A DNA stretch of 19,687 bases. Source: Bdellovibrionota bacterium (GTDB lineage Bacteria > Bdellovibrionota > UBA1018 > UBA923). The translations under genes were made by a program, and so were the position numbers. The stretch covers positions 1 through 19,687 of the forward strand of contig JBFMCE010000075.1 in NCBI GenBank assembly GCA_040754655.1, in the 5' to 3' direction. Of this stretch, positions 1 to 6,526 are shown piece by piece. The notes below the pieces were generated by a model that was not told the origin of the DNA, did not search any database, and saw nothing but the letters and a program-made list of their open reading frames with translations. How positions within the stretch are numbered: the stretch's first letter is position 1; each line of letters starts with the position of its first letter.

Positions 1-2
1 TA

Positions 3-98
3 TTGGGAGCGATCACGGAGTTGATGGTGCTCTTGACCGTGACCGGCTTTTTTCTAAGGGCGCTCTCTAAAACAGATACGACGGCGAAACAAATTTGA
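3..98 (+). CDS. C-terminal end of a membrane protein (partial, runs off the 5' edge)
   Basis: Frame 3 reads LGAITELMVLLTVTGFFLRALSKTDTTAKQI-stop (TGA 96-98): a hydrophobic helix plus a polar tail, with the stop abutting the next start. Confidence 0.55.
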   Translation: MGAITELMVLLTVTGFFLRALSKTDTTAKQI

Positions 99-100
99 AT

Positions 101-1111
101 ATGAACTTGAACATGCAACGCGACAACCTCCCTCAGTGGAACAAGAAGTCTCAGGGTTTCTACGAGGTTTGGTATTTGAAATTGAACCTGCCCCCTGCGA
201 ACGGCAAAGCCGGTCCTGCGCTCTGGTTGCGTTTTACAACGCTGAGTTCGCGCACGGGCTTGAAAAAGGTGGCGGAGACCTGGGCGATTTTCTTTGATCC
301 GCTCGCTCCGGGCGGCTCTCAAAAGCTTGCATTGAAGAACACGGCCTCTCCGAGCGCCTATTCTTCGCAAGCCAACGGAACCATTCAAATCGAAGACTGC
401 ACCTTGGGAAGCGGTTTCACATCGGGGTCGGTCGTAAGCCGAGGCCAGCGCATTGAATGGGATCTGAGGTTTGAACCCAACTCGCATACTTTCTTCCATG
501 TGCCGCAGGTTCTGCAGAAGCTTAAACTTACAAAGTCGATCGTCTGCAAGCCAAACATCAGCATCCAATTCAAAGGGCACTTCAAAGTAAATGAAAAGAC
601 CTATGAGTGCGACGACACTCCGGGATGCCAAGGCCACATCTGGGGGCAAAAACACGCGCAGGAATGGGCGTGGTCGCATTGCAATTTCTTTGAAGGATCG
701 GACGCCGTGGTCGAAGCCCTGACTGCCCGGGTGAAGTTTGGAGAGATCGTCACCTCGCCTCGACTCTCTGCCTTGTACTTGCAGTACAAAGGCGAGCGCT
801 TTGAATTCAACAACCTCGTCGATGCTTTCTCGATCAAAAGTGAATACTCGCTCACGAGCTGGAAGTTCTCTGCCGACAAAGGCTCTCTTCGCATACAAGG
901 TGAGATCGCTTGTGACGTCAAAGACCTCGTTGCCCTCACCTATGAAGATACCGACGGCAGCTTTTTGTACTGCAACCACTCAGAGCTCGCTTCGATGAAC
1001 GTGAGCGTTTATTTCAAAGGAAAACTCGACTCAAGCTTGCGATCGCTTCAGACCACCGGGTTTGAAACGGTCTCACGCAAGAAAAGCCCTTATGTCGAGG
1101 TTTTGCTGTAA
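101..1111 (+). CDS. Tocopherol cyclase-like / AttH-CrtC-type beta-barrel protein
   Basis: Motifs GFYEVWYLK, IEWDLRF, GCQGHIWG-x3-AQEWAWSHCN and YEDTDG-x3-YC resemble the tocopherol cyclase family. Start uncertain (TTG 95, ATG 101 or ATG 113). Confidence 0.7.
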   Translation: MNLNMQRDNLPQWNKKSQGFYEVWYLKLNLPPANGKAGPALWLRFTTLSSRTGLKKVAETWAIFFDPLAPGGSQKLALKNTASPSAYSSQANGTIQIEDCTLGSGFTSGSVVSRGQRIEWDLRFEPNSHTFFHVPQVLQKLKLTKSIVCKPNISIQFKGHFKVNEKTYECDDTPGCQGHIWGQKHAQEWAWSHCNFFEGSDAVVEALTARVKFGEIVTSPRLSALYLQYKGERFEFNNLVDAFSIKSEYSLTSWKFSADKGSLRIQGEIACDVKDLVALTYEDTDGSFLYCNHSELASMNVSVYFKGKLDSSLRSLQTTGFETVSRKKSPYVEVLL

Positions 1112-1142
1112 ATCTTTTGTTCTAGCCTTTGACGAAGTAGGG

Positions 1143-1457
1143 CTAAAGTCCCCTAGAAACAGAATTGCAATAACCACTGGTTTGGCGCCCTAGTTGCAAG
1201 AGTGTTGCACTGGACCAGCCTTCAACCACGTCACAAAGATGAGAACGGGTCTTTGCTTTGATACGACCGGGGGCTTTATGAACGACCTCGGCTCGACTCA
1301 TCCCGGTGCCTAAAGAGGCAGCGCTTTCCTGAGTCTGACTTGGTAGAACGAACAGTTTTAAAAACATTCCGCTCAAAACCAAGGAAAAGAATACCAGAGC
1401 GGTGGTCAAAAATATTTGCCGTCTACTCTTGCTCAAATGGGGCTTGGCCTTGCGCAC
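1143..1457 (-). CDS. Small single-pass membrane/exported protein, possibly a Tad accessory or pilin-like protein
   Basis: GTG at 1457 lies just after the TadBC stop with GGGA upstream (alternative ATG 1499). Basic N-terminus, hydrophobic stretch IFLTTALVFFSLVLSGMFLKLFVL, two C-terminal Cys. Confidence 0.5.
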   Translation of the reverse strand: MRKAKPHLSKSRRQIFLTTALVFFSLVLSGMFLKLFVLPSQTQESAASLGTGMSRAEVVHKAPGRIKAKTRSHLCDVVEGWSSATLLQLGRQTSGYCNSVSRGL

Positions 1458-1468
1458 ATCATCCCACG

Positions 1469-2362
1469 TTATATCGAGAGGGTACTCAACTCTGGCCATA
1501 AAGCTCCGATGAAAATGAGAAATACGGCGGGCGTGAAGAAACCACAAAAGACCAGCGAGATCTTCGTTGGCACCAGGGCGAGCTGCTCTTCTTGGCTAGC
1601 CTGTTTTTCATCTTCCAATTGTGCGATAGAAGTTGAAAGAAAATCAGAACCCGGAGCGCCCGTCTGAAGAAGATGCGTTAAGACATTTGAGACCTCAGCA
1701 CTCAACTCAAAACGCTCTGGCCAGACAAATCCCTTGGCCAAACTTCCGTTTGTCTCGACCGAAGCCATCCACTGCATCCATTGCCTTGCGAAGGGTGATG
1801 AAGGGTCTGCTTGCACGCTTGTTTGCACAGCTTTATGCAAATGCACGCCAGCTTCAATTTGCATCCACACGTTCATCATAAAATCAAAGAGCCAAGAACT
1901 CTCGTCGACTTTTTCATCCGTAGCCTTGCGCACAAGAAGGCAAAACGCCGCAAGCCCTATGGACTGAAAGACAGCGCCCCCCAAGCCCCAATAGTTCAGG
2001 GGGACGGTGCCGACCACGGCTGCAACAGCCCAAGGCACCACCAGAGCCAGTGCCCCTTGGAAACCAAATTGGCGCTCAATGACCTTGAGCTTCATCCACC
2101 GCCGTTCTTCGCGAATCACCAAGGGATAGAGCTCTCGCAAAACTTCAGCAACTGGCGCTCCCAGCGGAATCGCCGTACGCAAGGCCACACACAATTGATC
2201 GCACCAACGCAGGCAACGCGGGCTGGGGCGCAAGACCCCTCGCACGGGGACCGAAATGCCCCAACCGCGAAGCCGGGCCAAGACTTCGTTGGTCGAGCCC
2301 CCGCCCAGAAGCAAGGTGCGCATTTGAGAGAGAACAGAGGAAAGTAAAACTTGTTTACCCAT
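1469..2362 (-). CDS. Type II secretion system F-family protein; apparent TadB-TadC fusion
   Basis: Two T2SSF-like halves: GAPVAEVLREL...LKVIERQFGFQGALALVVP plus a TM pair (TadB-like), then QTGAP...EEQLALVPTKISLVFCGFFTPAVFLIFIG (TadC-like C-terminus). ATG 2362 chosen because it lies downstream of the sigma54 motif. Confidence 0.75.
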   Translation of the reverse strand: MGKQVLLSSVLSQMRTLLLGGGSTNEVLARLRGWGISVPVRGVLRPSPRCLRWCDQLCVALRTAIPLGAPVAEVLRELYPLVIREERRWMKLKVIERQFGFQGALALVVPWAVAAVVGTVPLNYWGLGGAVFQSIGLAAFCLLVRKATDEKVDESSWLFDFMMNVWMQIEAGVHLHKAVQTSVQADPSSPFARQWMQWMASVETNGSLAKGFVWPERFELSAEVSNVLTHLLQTGAPGSDFLSTSIAQLEDEKQASQEEQLALVPTKISLVFCGFFTPAVFLIFIGALWPELSTLSI

Positions 2363-2375
2363 GCTCCTAGGCATG

Positions 2376-2392
2376 AGCAAGGCTTGGGCCAA
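2376..2392 (-). promoter_or_regulatory. Putative sigma54 (-24/-12) promoter for the TadBC gene
   Basis: Minus strand TTGGCCCAAGCCTTGCT has exact GG-N10-GC spacing with TGGC and TTGCT, matching the TGGCACG-N4-TTGCW consensus. Confidence 0.65.
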
Positions 2393-2506
2393 AGACAAAA
2401 AGCGCTTTGTCGGCACTTCGCGATCTGCGGTAAGCCCTGCGTTGGGCAGGCTAAGAGAGCAGCTTCAAAAATCTGACTCTGAGAAGCGCCGAGAATATTT
2501 TACGGA

Positions 2507-2528
2507 TTTCAGGAAATGTTTCAGGAAA
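2507..2528. repeat. Tandem 10-bp direct repeat TTTCAGGAAA-tg-TTTCAGGAAA, each unit a TTTC-N2-GAAA dyad; candidate regulator or enhancer site
   Basis: Exact copies at 2507-2516 and 2519-2528 in the divergent intergenic region. Function is inferred. Confidence 0.5.
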
Positions 2529-2602
2529 AGCATTGCCGGGGAAGGATTCGTCTTGGGCAAGAACGGCATCTTGTACAACGTAGGCACGACCTGGGTGTCG
2601 GC

Positions 2603-2631
2603 TTGTCACTTCACCCGGCTGATGCTATTCC
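2603..2631 (+). promoter_or_regulatory. Possible sigma70-type promoter for the TerB-like gene
   Basis: TTGTCA-17 bp-TATTCC with an extended -10 TG; GAGG upstream of ATG 2643. The -10 is imperfect. Confidence 0.3.
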
Positions 2632-2642
2632 TCGAGGCAACG

Positions 2643-3197
2643 ATGAAAAACTTTTTTAATAAACTCTTTGGGCAACTTTCCGGCGAGGACCCTTCGAACC
2701 GAAATCCGGAATATTCTGCCGACCTTGAAAAGCTCACTGTAGCCATGAGCCATCTTCCTGAAAAAGAGGCCATCTATTTGGCTGGGTTTGCTTTATTACT
2801 GGCGCGCGTGGCTCATTTGGACTTTAAAATCAGCGATGACGAACGGCAGCGCATTCAACATGTTTTATTGAGCATCTCTGGGCTCAGCGAGGATCATGCG
2901 GCCTTAGTGACCAACCTCGCGATCGAACGCACCGAACTACATTCGTTAGAAAGCCACATCATTTTTCGACGCCTCAATGAAACGCTTTCTGTTGATCGGA
3001 AGAAAGACCTGATCCGAGGATTGCTGCGTGTGGCTAGCGTTGAAGATATTACTGAACACGAGAGCGATGAAATCGGCTTTATCGCCAAAGCCCTCAATCT
3101 CTCGCGCCAAATTTTTTTGGAATTGCGATCAGAGTTCCGAGATCATATCGCGATTCTTAAAAGTCTTCCCGATCCTTCCAAGAAGAAGAACCCTTAG
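2643..3197 (+). CDS. TerB-family (tellurite resistance / DjlA N-terminal-like) protein
   Basis: LLARVAHLDFKISDDER and LLRVASVEDITEHE-x5-IAKALNL form the duplicated TerB pattern. Start at MKNFF with a GAGG RBS; no J-domain. Confidence 0.8.
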   Translation: MKNFFNKLFGQLSGEDPSNRNPEYSADLEKLTVAMSHLPEKEAIYLAGFALLLARVAHLDFKISDDERQRIQHVLLSISGLSEDHAALVTNLAIERTELHSLESHIIFRRLNETLSVDRKKDLIRGLLRVASVEDITEHESDEIGFIAKALNLSRQIFLELRSEFRDHIAILKSLPDPSKKKNP

Positions 3198-3249
3198 CTT
3201 CAGCGCTCTTAAGACGTCACTCAGTGCCTCGAGCTTTTCAACCAAAGCC

Positions 3250-4077
3250 TTACCTTGTCACTTTAAAAAGCTGAACATCGAGGTGGTAAACTTCTTCGGG
3301 TTCAACGCCGCTTTCAGGCGTGCAAGTGAGGGTTTCATTGACTGCCTTCACAAAATCTTTGACAAGTTTTTTGAACTCGCGAAACTTCGCAGGGGTCGTG
3401 CTCACTGTCACAAACCCGTACTCGCGCTCTGCGATCGGGTCATCGATGCGCTCTCGTGAGAGTTCGATCATCTCGCGGTGAAACTCTCGCACCAAAAGGT
3501 TCTCGACCTCATCGTCGGTTCTCACCTTATACGACTGGGGAACGAGCCTTCTGTTCTGGTCACGTTTGAGAAGGCCACTTTCTTCAAGAACCTTGAGCGC
3601 ATGAGAAAGTTCGCCGGGGGTGGCCCTGCCCCCTAGGCGTTTTGAGATCCACTTGGGATCTTCTTGAAACCCGCGAGTGGTGACAAGCTCAAACAAGACC
3701 GGGTAATACCATTTCGCAAAAAGGCTCTGGTGCTCAACCGCCGAAAGAGCTTTAGCCCTAGTGCGCGAACTCGCAACCGAAAGTTTTCTCAGATAGTGCG
3801 ACTTGTCTGATGAACTTGAAGCCTGGCAGAAGTAGACGAGGTTCTCGAAGTACTCTGCTTCTCGGTCAGACAGTCCCAACCCGCGCACAAACTTCGGAAG
3901 TGTCTTGTGCGTGAGATTGCGCTTGCCCTCCATAACAAGCTTCAAGTGCATCGGTGATGCAAGACCTGCTTTTGAGGTGAAGAAGCGGTGCGAGAACTGG
4001 CGCCGCTTCTTCTTAGCCTCATCATAGTAATCGCGCAGGTACTGCCTGTAGTCGCGATACTCAAAGATCGGTCTCAT
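3250..4077 (-). CDS. TIGR02147 family protein (N-terminal HTH plus DUF4423), putative transcriptional regulator
   Basis: IFEYRDYRQYLRDYY...FSHRFF-x2-KAGLASP-x2-LKLVMEGKRNL, WYY-x3-EL, FH-x-EMIEL, and the C-terminal VYHLDVQLF. Confidence 0.9.
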   Translation of the reverse strand: MRPIFEYRDYRQYLRDYYDEAKKKRRQFSHRFFTSKAGLASPMHLKLVMEGKRNLTHKTLPKFVRGLGLSDREAEYFENLVYFCQASSSSDKSHYLRKLSVASSRTRAKALSAVEHQSLFAKWYYPVLFELVTTRGFQEDPKWISKRLGGRATPGELSHALKVLEESGLLKRDQNRRLVPQSYKVRTDDEVENLLVREFHREMIELSRERIDDPIAEREYGFVTVSTTPAKFREFKKLVKDFVKAVNETLTCTPESGVEPEEVYHLDVQLFKVTR

Positions 4078-6248
4078 CGAGCAAAGCAGTCCTTTGCGAG
4101 ATCAATGGCTTCGTCTGTCGTGTCTTCGGTATCATCGATCAACTGAGGGCTATCGATCTTAAGCTCACGTGTGCCAGGTGACCACACCGCTCTTCCATTC
4201 GCGTTTCTTGAAGAATCATCAAAAGATCTTTCTGAAAAGATCTGATTCTCAAGAAAGTAAGCCAGCACTTGTGGCTGGGTCTCGAGTAACTGACGTGGGA
4301 TGCGCAAAGTGAGCTCGTAGCCATTCAAGCCATAATGATGACAATCACCATTATACCTGCTGTGTTTAACGCACATCGACTTAGGCGAATGTACCCACTC
4401 AAGTTGGCTCGAAGACCATTCAAGCTTGAAACTGAAAGGCTCGGTGCCATACATCCTCTCACCATCAAATACCCCTCCACGTGTAACGCATGCGATCTTT
4501 GCCTTGAGACGTTGGGCGCCATTGAGGTATTTCATCAAAACATCTCTTACTTTTCTTGCAAGCACGAGATCAGCCGATGAAAGCGTCATATTTTCGACAC
4601 CAAACAAACCACGCAATTCATCTCGAATAGATGCAAGATGATACTCTTGCGTCTTCAAGGGATTGATCCGCATGTATTTTTCACGCAGCATTGCCTCAGT
4701 GACTTGAGTGGCAGACTCGATCGACGGAAGTTTGATCAACGGAGAGGTTAAAACGTCTTCTGGTTCCCCGCGATATCGCTTCTGTTCTTTCTCAAATCCC
4801 ATGAAGGCAATGCCGAGGGATGGGTCTAATTCTATAGAGAACGTCAATCCCCTAACCGCTGCAACCACCAGCGGATAGGCATCAGGATCAGACTTTTGAA
4901 CGACTCCCAATGCGCGTTTGAATGCCTCCGGAATTTGCAAGAGCTTGGCAAGATCACTCTCATCCAAGAAAGGAAGAAGCTTTGATAGAAGCCCATTTTT
5001 CGGAAGCACCGCCGCCCACTTGGCAGGTGCCATCAATTGAGCTGCTTTTTCATCAAATATCTCGGCTTGCTGGCCTCGGCCTATCTTCGGCGGAAGGATC
5101 TCGGTCAAGACGGCATGACGACGCCCTTCAAGGTCCGTGACGATTTGTTTTTTATACCTGAACGCCACTTTCAATGTGATCGGTTTTTCAGACTGCAGCC
5201 GTTTTTCGATGTACCGATTCAAAATCTCGTATTCACCAGCGCTCATTACCTCATCGTAAATGAGGTCAATGCTTGAGTTGAATTCAAGAAAGGGAATGTT
5301 GCCAAATACCTTCGTATCGACCTGAAAAACATAGTCAAAATCACTATCACCCGACCTTCTTTCTGAGCGGTTGATGCTAAAATCCCTCAGGCCATGGTAC
5401 CAGACATCTTGCTTGCGCAGCTCGATATCGGTAACCAGAACAAAGGTGCGTGATCCGAGATCATACTTTTCACCCGGAATTTCAACTTGGCCAAAAACAG
5501 AGATGTTCCATTTCTTCAAGATCGCCAAGAAACTGTCCGTGGTCAGCTTGCCCGTAAGAAAATCATAGAGCGTTGAAACCCAGCTCTCAATGAATCGCTC
5601 GTCCGTGTGAAAAACCTTGAGAGAAGGCAAGCGGTGCGCTTGTTCGTGCAAGACAAGTTTAGTCACCTCTTCTGCCCCGCCGTCAGCGGCTTTTTCCATC
5701 ATCTTGATCACTTCAGTGAAATAAACCACAGTTTTCGTGCTTCTTTGGGTGTAAGCAGCGACAAGAGCACGATCAAGGTCTTTTGCCACCAGGTTGTACG
5801 GTGTGATTGAAATTCCCAGGGCGTTTTGGCCAGAAGTCACCGCGTATTCTTCAGTCACCGTTGTCTGAGCCTTTCCGTTCGCAGCCGTCATTGTGGTCTT
5901 TGAAAGCTTATTTAAGACCATGTTGAGTTCTTTTTGAGTGTCACCATAGGTAACGATCTCATTGCTCTCAATGATATTCACTCCGGCCAAGTCATGGAGC
6001 ATTTCGTATTTGAGCGCCAGGGGCAGAGCCGATCTCTCGATGAGCGCTTTGATTTCATCATGTCGCGGATGGCGGGTCGTGAACTTGGTCTGAATCAAGT
6101 CACCCTTTTTATTGCGCGGCCTAAAAATTTCGGTATTGCCCCCTTCGACGCCCGCAAGAGGCGGTGCCGCCCAAAGAGAATGAATGGTGAACGCTAAAAG
6201 TAAAATCGAATAGATCAAACTTTGAAATGACCCAACCAGTTTCTTCAT
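4074..6248 (-). CDS. Large secreted hypothetical protein with a HExxH zinc-metalloprotease motif (about 724 aa)
   Basis: AGGAG RBS before MKKLV; signal-peptide-like LIYSILLLAFTIHSLWA; GVEGGN after the predicted cleavage site; LVLHEQAHRL (HExxH at 5634-5648); its stop overlaps the next ATG (ATGA). Confidence 0.75.
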   Translation of the reverse strand: MKKLVGSFQSLIYSILLLAFTIHSLWAAPPLAGVEGGNTEIFRPRNKKGDLIQTKFTTRHPRHDEIKALIERSALPLALKYEMLHDLAGVNIIESNEIVTYGDTQKELNMVLNKLSKTTMTAANGKAQTTVTEEYAVTSGQNALGISITPYNLVAKDLDRALVAAYTQRSTKTVVYFTEVIKMMEKAADGGAEEVTKLVLHEQAHRLPSLKVFHTDERFIESWVSTLYDFLTGKLTTDSFLAILKKWNISVFGQVEIPGEKYDLGSRTFVLVTDIELRKQDVWYHGLRDFSINRSERRSGDSDFDYVFQVDTKVFGNIPFLEFNSSIDLIYDEVMSAGEYEILNRYIEKRLQSEKPITLKVAFRYKKQIVTDLEGRRHAVLTEILPPKIGRGQQAEIFDEKAAQLMAPAKWAAVLPKNGLLSKLLPFLDESDLAKLLQIPEAFKRALGVVQKSDPDAYPLVVAAVRGLTFSIELDPSLGIAFMGFEKEQKRYRGEPEDVLTSPLIKLPSIESATQVTEAMLREKYMRINPLKTQEYHLASIRDELRGLFGVENMTLSSADLVLARKVRDVLMKYLNGAQRLKAKIACVTRGGVFDGERMYGTEPFSFKLEWSSSQLEWVHSPKSMCVKHSRYNGDCHHYGLNGYELTLRIPRQLLETQPQVLAYFLENQIFSERSFDDSSRNANGRAVWSPGTRELKIDSPQLIDDTEDTTDEAIDLAKDCFAR

Positions 6249-6340
6249 CTGAAATGAACTCCTATGGAATTGAATATCGAAATGACTCATAGCCCCATAA
6301 GGAGCGCTTTCACAAGCCCTCAAAAGAAGATTTTTATTAC

Positions 6341-6354
6341 TTTTGTATACAAAA
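6341..6354. promoter_or_regulatory. Perfect 14-bp palindrome TTTTGTATACAAAA, candidate operator
   Basis: Exact dyad in an AT-rich intergenic region about 95-105 bp upstream of the HExxH gene. ATTACTTT occurs at 6336 and 6374. Confidence 0.5.
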
Positions 6355-6438
6355 ACAAACTTAAGCTTTTGAAATTACTTTATAAATTTGTGCATCCATC
6401 ATTTTATGAAGTAGAAAAGTATTCATCCTAAGAAGACG

Positions 6439-6468
6439 AAAAACCATGCGCTCGCATGAAGAGCACGC
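6439..6468 (-). terminator. Possible intrinsic terminator of the DUF4911-tldD-yjbQ-MFS operon
   Basis: Minus strand GTGCTC-ttcatgc-GAGCGC stem followed by ATGGTTTTT, about 60 nt past the stop codon. The stem is weak. Confidence 0.3.
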
Positions 6469-6526
6469 GATTAAAGCCTTCTTTCAAATAGGTTTTTCAT
6501 TCTAACGGTTAGATGGGCCGAATTTT

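Noticed and set aside
3..98. LGAITEL resembles the C-terminus of CobS
   Set aside because: 31 residues are too few to assign a family; many membrane proteins end this way.
2368..2384. Plus-strand GG-N10-GC (TAGGCATGAGCAAGGCT) overlapping the minus-strand sigma54 motif
   Set aside because: It lacks the TT before GC and is far from the TerB start; the minus-strand motif fits much better.
2361..2642. 94-codon N-terminal extension of the TerB ORF in the ORF track
   Set aside because: It overlaps the divergent tadBC start and promoter; ATG 2643 has an RBS and gives a typical TerB length.
2643..3197. TerB as evidence of a tellurite-resistance or anti-phage ter cluster
   Set aside because: No terA, terC, terD or terZ neighbours; solitary TerB-like genes are common.
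6501..6514. Palindrome TCTAAC-G-GTTAGA resembling integron attC core sites (ATCTAAC / GTTAGAA on the minus strand, just after a stop codon); similar GTTAGC words occur near 8901-8912
   Set aside because: The cores are 1 bp apart whereas attC sites span roughly 57-141 bp with inner L boxes. No integrase or cassette array is present.
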